NCBI GenBank assembly: GCA_013265495.1
Contig: MU058718.1
Span: 992,001-1,056,000, forward strand
Origin: Vicugna vicugna
Lineage: Eukaryota
DNA: 64,000 nt
Reading direction: 5' to 3'
A program made the translations under genes and the position numbers. How positions within the stretch are numbered: position 1 is the stretch's first letter; each line of letters opens with the position of its first letter. The notes under the pieces are model-generated. The model was not told the DNA's origin, made no database searches, and saw nothing but the letters and a program-made list of their open reading frames with translations. Positions 38,901 to 50,375 of this stretch are shown here, in pieces.

Positions 38901-40301
38901 TGGCTGGCTAGGGGCACTATTGCAGTCACTCTCCCAATTCAGGTATTCCTGCAGGACAAAGATCTTCACCATAGTGCCTGATCTAGAAACCTAGCAGGTG
39001 CTCAGTAATGCGCGAGGATTACTGACTGCAAAGGAGCTGTATTATCACAGCATACTACATTCTTGCCTCAAAGAAGCTGAGGTTACTCTCTCTTCCTGTC
39101 TGTTTTCTACTGGAATATGGGTTGGGGTGTGTTTACTCGTGTCTTTTAGATATTCTCTTTACATACGTAGACCTCAGAAAGAGCTGCAGTCTGATTGTGC
39201 TTGTCACAATGATAATGGAAGACAGAGATTTGTTAAAAAAAAAAAGATCAAAGAATCTCTCTCAGCGGAATATGAATTTTGCCACCTCTCCTTGCTCAGA
39301 TAACTGAATTAATCTGAAAAAAAAAAAAAACCCAAAAACGAGGTCTTTCATGAAGTATCTGACACTCACTTAGGGCCTACATCCAAAGTCTTGAGTTCCA
39401 TTGAACATCCATTATGGATCCATGGGGACCTTGGAAAAGTGGCTGGATTCCCTTCAGATAATTTTCTTGAGGTGTTTGGGGTGTCCCTTGGGAAAAAAGT
39501 ATTAACACTCACTCATATGCTTACTGTTCCCACCTACACCACTTTCTCCTAAGGCTAACACGTACTGCTTTGTAAATGCATACTCTTAGTGTTTAATTAT
39601 GTACTATCTTGAATCTGTCCTTTGGGACAAGATTTTAAGCTTCCTAAGAACAAGGACCAGGTCTTTGTTGAGGCAGTACTGGGACTTCTAAGGAGAGCAA
39701 AATATAACTGTTTATCAATTGTGTGAGTCACATCTTTTGTTTTTTAGCAACTCAAGAGCTGGGATTCTCCCCATATCACAGAGAGGGGGAAATTTATATA
39801 AACTCAAAGGCTTGAGTTGGAATTACCCTGAAAATCTTATCTTTTACCTGTTGACAAATAGCTGTTGTTCTAAGCCATTGCCCTGGCAGGATTCCTTTAG
39901 GAAATGTAGGAGGCATTATAATTTTAAGCCAAAAAATGTGAATTCTAATTTGTTTCTTCTCATTTTTAAAAATGAATGTGGAAAGGAACACTTCTGATAA
40001 GCAATGAGACAAAGGTATAATATCAGGTGAGGGAACAAGGTGCAGAAAAACCAAAATCATTTGGCAAGTGAATTGAAGCTAGCCAGAATTTCACTACATT
40101 TTAAAACCTGAGCCCACCAGAACACAAAGGGATGTGTGTCTTACTGTGTCTTTAGCAAAGGCCATTTAACACTGGGAATTTTTCCAGCAGTGTATTTCAG
40201 TAACAACAGTTCTTCTTACAACATTTGGGGCTTGCCACATTGAAAATCAATACTGCTCAGTGTCTATTGAAATTGCACATTTGTTCTCTGTAAGATGTAT
40301 A

Positions 40302-40435
40302 TAGGCTGACCATATAAATTGTCCTCCACACTAGGACTTTTTTTTAAGTGAAAAGGAAAGCCATTAATTACACCAGGAAAATTGATATAAGTTGGGACTA
40401 TCCCAAGAAAACTATGATGACAGGATATGTCAATT
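40302..40435 (+). mobile_element. MER94-like hAT-Blackjack MITE
   Basis: taggctgaccatataaattgtcctcca...aagtgaaaagg...attaattacaccagga...gggactatccc. Confidence 0.7.
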
Positions 40436-40779
40436 ATATGAACATAGATTTGTCTAGTTTCTTTTGAAGAATGGTTATTTTATCTATTTATATGAATGTA
40501 TTCATGTAGGCTTAAAAGAATAGGTAATTAATGTATTTAACACACTATGATGATGAGATTGAACTGATTCATCTACAGACTCTCAACTAGTCCCTTTTGT
40601 CACTTGGGTCCTTTATTTGCGAGTCTGTTGCATGCCTTGGCCCACTCCAGTGCAAGCATCACACCTGGCTACTCAGAAATGGAGCCCATAATCTTGCTTG
40701 CATCAGTTTAGCCTATAACCAGTTTTAGATTCTGCTGGGCTGTATCAGTGGGTCAGATGCTAGAGTACAAGATCAAAGC

Positions 40780-41022
40780 AAAAACACAGAGGGTTCTGGG
40801 CTTTTCTGTAAGGTCCCAGATTCTAGTCCTTTGTTTATCAGTAACTAACTGTGATTTTTGGCAAGTCACGAAACCTCTCTGTGTTTTGATTTCCTTATCT
40901 CTAAAATGGGGGGTAATGCTATCTGATGTGCAGACCTCAAAGGTTTGCTGGGAGGATCCAGTGAAGTGATGTATGGGAAGCCTTTGGAAAAGTGCTATCC
41001 ATATGTGAAGTGTTATCATTAT
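40780..41022 (+). mobile_element. MIR SINE, near full length
   Basis: actaactgtgatttttggcaagtcacgaaacctctctgtgttttgatttccttatctctaaaatggggg. Confidence 0.8.
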
Positions 41023-41779
41023 AGGAGAGAAGGGGGACGTGAGATGTGAGGGGAAAACGGGGCTTTCAACTCTAGCTGGCCTTGTAGATTAGGCTTGTGC
41101 AAACAAAGGATGGAAATAAGGCCACAGGAGAGACATTATACTCTCTTTTATGAGTAGGAGTAGGGAGGGAGAGAAACTGAGGGCAGGGAACGTAGCCAGT
41201 AAGACTCAAAGAAGATAGGTTGGGATAGCTTCTATCCGTTCTTTCATACCACTGTTGTCCCTGAGGCCCGGCAAGACTGCATCAAAAATGAACATGTTGG
41301 AGAAGAAGAAATGTTAGAAAGCTAGGTTCCAAGGCTGTGAGGGTACATTAACTCATTCCTGGTTGAGAGGGTTGGTTTTATTCTGCAGTCTAGAAGGAAT
41401 CAGACCATCATACTTGCCTTTGTTCTCTTGTTGACTTTTTGTCAAGATTAAACAAAATTATTTATGTAGAAATCCTTTGTGAACTATAAATCACAAGACA
41501 AAACAATAACTTTATGGGATGAGTCTATTGATACTAGTTATTATTATAGTAAGAGTCATGTTTATTTTTCTCTTCAAAATGATTATAACTTAAAAAAAAT
41601 TTATAAATTCACATGTGCTTCAAAAAGCTTAGATATACCAAAAGGTACAATGAGGGAAATAAAAACTATACATAATACTGCCGCAAGAGATAACGATTGA
41701 CAATGTTTCGGTGAATAGTCTTGCCGACTTTTTGATATTTGTGTAAAATTAAAAAAAAATCAAAATAGAGTCTTCAATT

Positions 41780-42870
41780 TGTCATTCATTCTTTAATTTG
41801 TTCACGATTGTGTGTATATTGGCAGAGAGAATGCTAATAAGATAGACACTGGGTCCTATTTCATGTAGTGTATTCTTCCCTGGGGGAATACAGACATGTG
41901 AACAGATGACTGTAACATAACGCAGAGCATGCCATGATGGGGAAGCAACAGATGCTTTGTAGGAGCATCTTTGAGACTTGAAGACTAGAAGGAGAGGCTT
42001 CCTGGAGGAGGGAATATTTAGGTTGAGACTAGAAAGATGACTAGAGTTAACCAGACTCCTGGATACTGGGTTGTGCTACCTGGATCCTCCCTAAGGGCTG
42101 AAACACTCAATCCCCTGCTGGCAGTAGTGTTTTTTTTTTTTTTTTTAGTGTTGCCTTTTGATGGTCCTCAGTTGAGGTCTTTCCCCAGGAACTGCCCTCT
42201 GCTGAAGGAAGCTGCCTTGTGCAAGGTTATCTCTATCTCTAGGGGCAACTGGGGTCAACAGCCCATTTTTTTGCCTTCATGCAGACATCTGAAGGGCCAT
42301 CTCAGTTCCAGAGCTCCTCATAAGATCAGCTGAAGCTTCAGTTGCACCTGCATTGCAGTTAAGTTTTTCCTTCTGCCCAATCCTGCTTCCCTCTGTCTTC
42401 ACAGGTATTGTTCCTAAGAGCACTGCCCAGTAAAAATCCTGCACACAAAGAAACCCTCCCCACAACACAGGCAACAAGTAGTAGTGATGGGGGGGAGTGC
42501 AGGGAGGGTGTCACTAAAAGATGGAACATTGTAGTCTAAGGTCAACATCATGTCCAATGCCTGAAATCTGGCTGCTCTCTGGCTGTATTGGAGCAGTTCC
42601 TGATGCTGGTAAATAGAAAGACAGGTAAACTGTGGTCTGAGCAGTCACATCTAAGCCTAGGGAAAAGGGATGCTGGATGAGTTAAATTTTTTTTTTATAA
42701 AGTCTGCAAACTAGTGAGTAAAGTCAGAAGAGACATGATTCCAAAGATGGAGTCAAGCTCTTGTTGTCCACGTCAAAAACATGGAGAGAGTGGACCCTAT
42801 CCCAAAGCCAATGGGAAGCCCTGGAAGGTTATAAATTATGGGCGAGACATGATCTGGTTTTCTAGACCAA
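41780..42870 (-). mobile_element. L2 fragment interrupted by an LTR and a 110-bp duplicated segment
   Basis: tcattcattc...gaggcttcctggaggaggg...; resumes tatcccaaagccaatgggaagccctggaagg...gacatgatctgg. Confidence 0.6.
42053..42465 (+). mobile_element. ERVL LTR16-like solo LTR
   Basis: gaagggccatctcagttccagagctcc...ccttctgcccaatcctgcttccc...cacaggtattgttcctaagagcactgcccagtaaaaatcctgcacacaaa. Confidence 0.75.
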
Positions 42871-43624
42871 TTTGGGTGCAATACAGCATCATTCATTAAA
42901 ACTCATTATCGATGATCAATGTATTTTTTATTAGAATATTGGAGTGATTCGTGGCCTCCTTCTGCACTCTACATCTTTACAGAATGAATGGGAAACCGTA
43001 TGTCCCTCAGAAAAGTCATGTAATGAACACAAGGATTTTAGCAGTTTTGTGGAATTTTTGAAACTCTGAAGGGATTCAATCTAGTTCTTGAGTCTTTCTT
43101 TTTTTTTTTTTAACACCAGTCACACTGTTTAAGTATTTACTGAGCACCAGCTGCATGCCAGAATACGCTGCGCTGTTGCTGTGGAGGATCAAAGACAACA
43201 ACTCCAAGAAGGAGGCCATGCCTGTCTTGTTCATTGCGCTACCACTGGAGTGCCTGGCAAGTAGTGAGAGCTCAACTAATGAATAAATGGAAGGCAGAGT
43301 TTCAGAGATACGGGTGCATGATGCATGACTTAGTCCTCATGAGCACAAAATGGGGGTAATAGTAGCTCTCATTTCCCAAGGTTGGGTAGGAAGGGGTAAG
43401 TAAGAATATGTAGGTAAAACATCTACTTCAGAGGCTTAATATATAATCAAAATTGTACTTACTCAAATAGTTCAAATATTGTTTGCTATTCTCAGTACTG
43501 ATAGAAATAAACCAAGAACTTAAACAATTACAACCAAATCTCTGATATCTTTTTCTCTCTTGTCCACTTTGCCCTGTAATATCACTTCAAAAGAAACATA
43601 TGATTTGTAAACTAAGTTAAAAGA

Positions 43625-44085
43625 TTCAGTCACTCATTAATTTATTCAACAGATGTTTTTCAAGGTCATCCGAAGTGCCAGGCCTGGATTATGAAGCAGT
43701 GAACAGAACAGACACAGTCCCTGTTCTTGTGGAGCTAGATTGTAATTTAGCAGGGAGACCTTAAACAAAGAAAATCTTTGTTTGTTATTAGAGAGAATAT
43801 TAATAGATGCTAAGTTAATCATAGAAAGGTAAGTCTTTTCTGAAGAAGTAACCTTCAAACTGGATACTAAGAGTAGGAGTTTCATTAAGAATAGAAGATA
43901 AAGCATTCCAGGAAGCAGGAACACCCTATGCAAAGCGCCTGTGGAAGGAAAAAAAGCCTGGGTCATTGGAAGGATGGAGGGAAATCCAGTGTGGCAGAAT
44001 GAAGGGAGATGAAGCTGGAAAAGAGGCAAAGCAAATCTTGAAGGGTCCTGGTTGCCATATGGTCTTTTATCCAGACTAAAAAGGA
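43625..44085 (-). mobile_element. L2 fragment
   Basis: atttattcaacagatgttt...gtgccaggc...gcagtgaacagaacagacacagtccctgttcttgtggagct...agcattccaggaagcaggaacacc. Confidence 0.8.
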
Positions 44086-45740
44086 TACACAAACTGCCTG
44101 AAATGTGAGTGCTCTCTGGCTGTATCAGAGTAGTCTATGATACTTGGAAATAGGAAGACAAGTAAACTGTGGTCTGAAAAGTCACATCTAAAGCTAGAGA
44201 AAAGTAGGTTAATTTTTCCCCTCTGGTCATCACGATAAAAGAAGCATATAACAAAGGCACCTGCCTGTTTGTTGAGAGCACTTATGTATTTGCAGAAATA
44301 TATTGCATATATTTTTACCTACATTTTTAACCCCTAAACAAAGTGGAACTATCAGAAAGCCTTTTTTCTCCTTATCCCTTTTCCTCTTCGATGTGATTCT
44401 TTCAAGGGAAACCATCAGTGGGAGCAGGGGACAATTCTGAATACAGATGCTGTTGCGGTTTTCCAAGAGACACAGGAGAATTTTGGGTGTCATAAGTGTT
44501 TGGGCGGTAGCTTACACACTGGATTTGCTCAGAGAGGCCTCCATTTCCCTCTCAGTGATTAGAACAACCTGTTTTCTGGAATACAGTATTTAAACAGTAA
44601 GATTGGCATTGCTGTCTTCCAGGATGGTTAAGGCTTAATTAACATTTGAAAATGCTTTGAGATCTTTGGATAAAAGTGTTCTGGAAGCATGAAGTGTTAT
44701 TATCTTTGGGGTGATACAGGTCATGTGACACAGGAAGTGGCTTTGAAGGAAAGGAAAACCTTTCATCAAGCAAACTCCTTAGGGTGGTTTGAGCCTGTTT
44801 TGAGTGACTCAACATGCCCGTGTCATCTCTCCCTGGACCGTGAATGAAAGAAATAACTTGGCCTATGGCTTAGTGACCATCATTAACTGAAAGAATTTAG
44901 TAAACTTGTACGTTAAGCATACTAGAAATTATGCAGAATCCTAAAGCATTTAGCACAGTTGTCCCTTAATAAGCATCGAATAAATATTAGCTGTTATTAT
45001 TACTGTTGTTCTCATCAATATAGTTTAAGACCTCTGGACTTTTTTTCTTTGGCCTTAATGCCTTTTAACCAAAGAGTTCAATATTGTTCAGTGATAAACT
45101 AACCTTACTTTCATTTTAAAGACGTGGTAAATACCAAAACAAATGTAGACTGTTGCTGTTGCGGCCCTCATGTGAGAGCTACAGTGAAGCAACTTCAGTG
45201 CCTAAGACCCTTCCTGGCAGTTATCAGAAGCTCAAAGTTGGATACTTAGTCCTTTCCTTTCCCTATAAGAAGGACTCAAAATAGAAATTGGGTTTCCTAA
45301 CTTCTTTCCTGATGATTCCTTGGGGTCGTCTGTGGACAGGATTTCAAAGAGAACGCTTTAAAGTAGTTCCAATTTATTTAAGGGCAGAAGTGCAGAAAGA
45401 TTTCATCCTGTTCCTTTCATTAACTTATATGTCTTCGTAATACTTCCTGGAAAAGTAGAAGTCAGGACGTGGATGGGGAGTGGAGAAAAGGAATATGGTT
45501 CACTTGAGAAAAGTTTATTTTTGAGCAATATATATGTCAAATCAAACTTGCCCGTGTGTGTTAAATTAATTTTGCCGGCTGGATGACCCGAATTTTTTTT
45601 TTAATACACACCGGACTCAAATGTGATATTTTGAACAAGGGAAAGGTGTTTTGGGAAGTGGTCCAAAAGGGAAAGAAAGAAGGAAAGGGTGCAGGTAAGA
45701 GGATATAAACCAAGGGAGAAAAGGGATGGGGCGGAAGAGA

Positions 45741-45965
45741 GGCCTGCCACGGGGGCCCTACCGGGACACAGCAAACCCCGCCCTGCCCCCGGGGGCATGC
45801 GGATGCGGATGTGAGGCCCGCCCCGGGGGCATGCCGGGATACTGCGTGGCCCCGCCCTGCCCCGCCCCGCCCCACCCCAGGGGTATGCCGGGATGCGGAT
45901 GGAAGGCCCGCTGGAGGCATGAAGGGATGCGGCTGTGAGGCCAGCCCTGGGGGCATGCCAGGAAG
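45741..45965 (+). repeat. GC-rich degenerate minisatellite (~33-54-bp units, 6 copies) with GC boxes; candidate regulatory element
   Basis: Recurrent gggggcatgc(cg)ggatgcggatgtgaggcccgccc units starting near 45790, 45824, 45878, 45911 and 45948. Confidence 0.85.
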
Positions 45966-46707
45966 GATTCCAGAGCTTCTGTCCTCTCTAGTGGGCTGGG
46001 CGGTCCCCCAGGCGCTGGTCCACAGCTCTGGGGGTCAAGCACCGAGCTGGACTAATTAGAAGCTCATTACACCAGCCCATCCCCATTAACAGGTGGACTC
46101 ACGTGCAAATCCCTCAGCGCAGGAGCCTTTTCTGCTTCCCAGCCGGGAATTCCAGCCCCAGCCCTGGGGCCTGGAAACTCTGGCCTGTTAACGTGACCTC
46201 CCCGCCTGTGACCATCAGGTACAGTTTCTTTCTGGATTATTTCACATTCCAGTAAATTAGTTTTATTTGCTCCGAAACATTTTAACAAAGAAAACTCTCT
46301 GGGTAAAATAACCGGGGATAAAAGAACGCGTACTTCACCTAATCAAAAACAAATAACTAAATCTACCTTGAAAAATGAAGCCTTTCCTGTCCTGCCCTTG
46401 TCTTTTCATTTATCTTTCACTGGTGGGATTTTGAAATTACCATTCTATAGGCAGGCTGGTGAGGGCCTTCCTTGCCTTGTATTTTATACAGCTGTTGCCG
46501 ACCTTGACAGAAGATCTCAAAACTTGTTAAGTATAAAGTTGGTAAATGATTCTATTGTTTGGGAGGTGGGGGTGGAGATGGGGTGGGAGCAGAGGGTTTA
46601 TCTAGCCAAAAAAGAAAAAGAAAGGGGGGGGGGGAATGCACCCTAACCAGGCTCAAATTAACTGAAATGGATCAAAGTAAACAGAGACATCTAAAAGCTT
46701 TTGTGAG

Positions 46708-47172
46708 TTAAAAGTGGCTATCTGTTGCAGGTCTTGCCTCATTAACTGCTGATTGAAGCTCTGCTTGGCCCTCTGGGATACCTAACACCCCAGGCCTATC
46801 ACCAGATGAACCCCAGTTAGGCGCTTTTGGCCTTTCTCTGTGTTGCTTTGCACAGCTCCTTGACCTCAACCTTCTTACATGTTTATCCTTCCTACCAGGC
46901 AAAGGGAGTAAAGGTTTGTCCTTGAGTCTCTTGCTGGGAATGTCACGTTTAGCCAATGAAGAATTCCCACAAAAGAGAAGTGGAAGCTTTGTATTCTGAA
47001 AGGTGGACTTGCAGCTCTGATGTTTTAAGTAAAGCCTCTGCACAAGAGTTTGTAGGGGAAAGAGTCCACGGTTTGTTTTCCCCTTGGGTGTTGGCCTCAT
47101 TTCCATATGTGAATGGTGAAAGGTGACGATTAGGCCATATGCTGTAAGATACAGATATCTCTCTGCTCCCAT
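46708..47172 (-). CDS. Hypothetical 154-aa ORF in a terminal-exon-like segment
   Basis: accATGG Kozak 60 nt downstream of a strong pyrimidine-tract acceptor (exon start 47232). Minus-strand AATAAA at 46262-46267. No recognisable homology. Confidence 0.25.
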   Translation of the reverse strand: MGAERYLYLTAYGLIVTFHHSHMEMRPTPKGKTNRGLFPLQTLVQRLYLKHQSCKSTFQNTKLPLLFCGNSSLAKRDIPSKRLKDKPLLPLPGRKDKHVRRLRSRSCAKQHRERPKAPNWGSSGDRPGVLGIPEGQAELQSAVNEARPATDSHF

Positions 47173-49045
47173 GGTCCCAGCCCTTCAGCAGGCCATTCAG
47201 CTGGGACTGGGAGTTGAAACTGAGAGGGTTGTCTAGGGGAGGAAGAGAGAATAGTGGTGGGGGTGAGAGGGGAGGGAGAGGGAGGAGCAGGGCTCTTTGA
47301 GTAGGACCAGATAGGTCTCTGTGTAGAGTAATATTACAGCTCTTTCTCTCATAAACAAGCTGCATGCCTGCTTCTAAAGACCCATCTGGCATAGCTTTGA
47401 GAATGGCAATAATTACAAGCTGATGATGGACATGGAAAAAAAGCCCTGCTGAGTTAACTCATAAGGAAGTACAGGCCAGGACTGCAGGGAAATTACAGGC
47501 TGAAAACCTTTCTAGTTTAGGCCTTTTGGTGTTCTTAATCACAGACTTTAAATGTTGTAATAAACACTGTTGCATTTTATTGACCAACTCCCATGACAGG
47601 CAAATCTTTTTCATTTTATTTTATTTTTACCATTTGCTCTTTGGAAAGCTGCTCAGCAGTGTCTGTGTAGGCCATGACAATAGGTCTTTAGTTTTTCTGC
47701 TTATAGGAAAATTAGGAAAGTTGGGTGACTTTTATTTAGTTAAGAGAAATGTATAAATTTTCTTCTTAAATTGCTCTCTGCAGTCTATGTTCGGACAGAC
47801 TCTCAGGCTCAATGCTTGGACTGTATAAGATATAGCCTGGCTGTTTCAATCAAGAAAATAGAAGAGGTTAAAAAGAAAAAACTTGGGAAGAATAATCTAT
47901 GATTCTGAACTATCAAAGGGTGTTTATTATATAGAAACAAGTAAAAATCCAAGTTAAATATTGTACCGTTAGATAAATGGAATGTTAGGTTCTGACTTTG
48001 TAGGGATGATCCTCATTTCAGGGATGAATTTGATGTTGAAAGGACGATCTGATTTCTCAAAATTTTGGAGCCTGATATTTTACAAGGGGATCTCAAACGA
48101 TTTAGGCCATTTTATGGAGCAGATGTTTTTAAGAAATCTTCCTAGGAGGAGGAAAACAGAAACACTGAAAATTTTCTTTCTTCTGAAATATTATTAACCT
48201 CAAAATCTATAGCTTAAATGTCATGACAAAATTAGTCTTGAATGTAGCATGTTACTAGTTGCTGTTATAATGAGATTTTTGACACCTTATGTGGAGTTTA
48301 CTTCAACATATGTTACCAGTTTCCAGGAAAATAATTTGATCTTCATTTTATACATCTTCAAAGTCTAAGGTTAGAAATGGTGAATAATGGTATGAATCGG
48401 GATTTTTTTTGTGTGTGATCTAATTAACTTATACAAGTAGATCCTTGTTCAAAGATCCCTTTATGGATTTTACAGCAGAGCGTGTAAAGTGTGTTATTCT
48501 TTAAGCACTAGATCCTGCTTTTGTAACTTATTTTCAAGTCATTTCCTTCCTTGCCACAGTTTTTCATTCATGCTCCTTAAAGACCTGTGTTTTATTCTTC
48601 ATGTTTTGCATACAGTCCTGGCTATCCCAGATGGATTATTTAGTTCTGTCCTTTTGCATTTGATTGCTTGTTCAAGGACATAAAGTTTGGGGTCTATGAA
48701 GTTAAAGTGATGAAATGGTTGTGGAATGGAAATTTACCAATGTAAACTAAGTTCTTGTCCTTTCATAAGCAATTACCTGAAGCTCCCTTGTCAATGAGAA
48801 ATTATGTCTTTATATCTGTCTCTTTTCCTATACAGGCTGGAATTGTTCCTAACAAAAGAAGCATGAATTGGTGGAGACTATATATTAAATGCAAGACTAT
48901 TTGTCTAGTTTTCATTAGGTTGCTGAGTGAAAAGCCTTAATTCGCTCTTTTCCCAAGGTACTCAGATATCCATGAAGTCCCCCTCATCTCACACTATCAT
49001 TTTGCTCACCGGGCACAATCCGACTTTAAAGAATTCAACACTTAC

Positions 49046-49205
49046 TGGTCTTTAGAGAACTGTCAGCAATGACAGCAACCAGGGACACTGACATGTCTTG
49101 TTTACAAAGGATGAGCACAACAAGACCTCTCAGATGACTTGATAAGCCTGGCAACTTCTCTCTCTAATTCTGGCCTCTCTGGGCCAGCTGCCTTTTCTTG
49201 GCCAG
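49046..49205 (-). other. Candidate non-coding exon (160 nt)
   Basis: cttgtgtctttag| acceptor and CCA|GTAAGT donor; stops in all three frames. Confidence 0.3.
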
Positions 49206-50289
49206 CTAAAGACACAAGTATCAAAACTTGATGTAAACACCAACAAGCCAGCAAACACAGCAGCAAAGATAAACTAGGGCCGCTTAAGGTTGCTTTGTAA
49301 ACAGTGGAAACAGAAAGAGAAACAAGAATATCTCAGTCTCTGATTCCTTATACGCATACAGTTATCTTACATACTTCCAAGTTTGACAAATAGCAGTAAT
49401 GTAAGCTCATGGGTTATTATCATGGTCTTGAATATTTAATCTTTTACTCACTTCAGCATCCCTCCATTCCTTCAGAAATACCAGCTTATGTTGTAGTTAA
49501 ATTAAGTTCAGCTTCTTTTGTTGTTGTTTTAAGTATTCTGAACATACTCTTTTCTATTTAGGAAATTCTGAAATGTCTTGGAAATTGTACAAACGAACAT
49601 GCTTTTCTTCATTCCTACTTTGTGAAGAGGAACTTTCTTATCAGGAGGGGGATGACCCCGGGAAGTTGAAACTCCTTTCCTCCTTTCCTTTTGCTGCCTT
49701 TTGGCATTGAACACGTGGAGGAAGAGAAGAAAGTTTCATGCAGTTATGCTGCCCTTGTGTCATTACTTTTGTTAAATGGTATATATCGTAACTGCATGGA
49801 ATTTAGGAGTATTGTCTCCTTTAACTTCTTTGTAACTGATTGGAACAGTGCTTTTACCTTCTAAAGATGCTAGACTGTTCCCAGAAATGAGCTCTTCCAA
49901 GGTGCTTGGACAAGGGATTTTTATAATAGGCGTTTTTCCTCCTTGTTCCTCCTTCCTTGCAGAAATGCCGTTGTTGAAAATAATGTATGCCACAGTCAAT
50001 AGAGCAAAGAGCAGTTCTTAGTTTTAGTACTTTAAAGGCCACATCAATCACAAACACTGCAGCTTGGTGTTGACAGTCACAGAAAGGGATTTAATCTTGA
50101 TTATGAGGCAGAATCTTCCTGGTCTCTGCTAACAATCTGCTCAACTCTTTTTGAACCGTTCTCATAAGATACATGCCTAATTTTTACCAAATCATCTGTC
50201 TGTATTATTGGTGGCATATATTATAAGTCACTGCTTCATGTCTGTTGAGTCTCTGAACTCAAGTAAAAGTGGCTATTCCCTTTTTACAG

Positions 50290-50375
50290 CTGGTGAAACT
50301 GCCGTTCTTGGAACCATTTTGGTCTGTGGAACATGGTATGAATGACGTCATGAACCCAGGGCTACGTGCTTTCAG
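50290..50375 (+). other. Candidate exon within a probable antisense MIR, containing a full CRE
   Basis: attccctttttacag| acceptor, CAG|GTAAGT donor, TGACGTCA at 50343-50350. Confidence 0.35.

Noticed and set aside
43646..44092. 148-aa minus-strand ORF
   Set aside because: Lies within an L2 relic.
45741..45965. CRISPR-like repeat-spacer appearance
   Set aside because: Mammalian DNA, degenerate units, non-unique spacers and no cas genes.
45561..46059. Overlapping Pro/Gly/Ala-rich ORFs on both strands
   Set aside because: Caused by a stop-poor GC-rich minisatellite.
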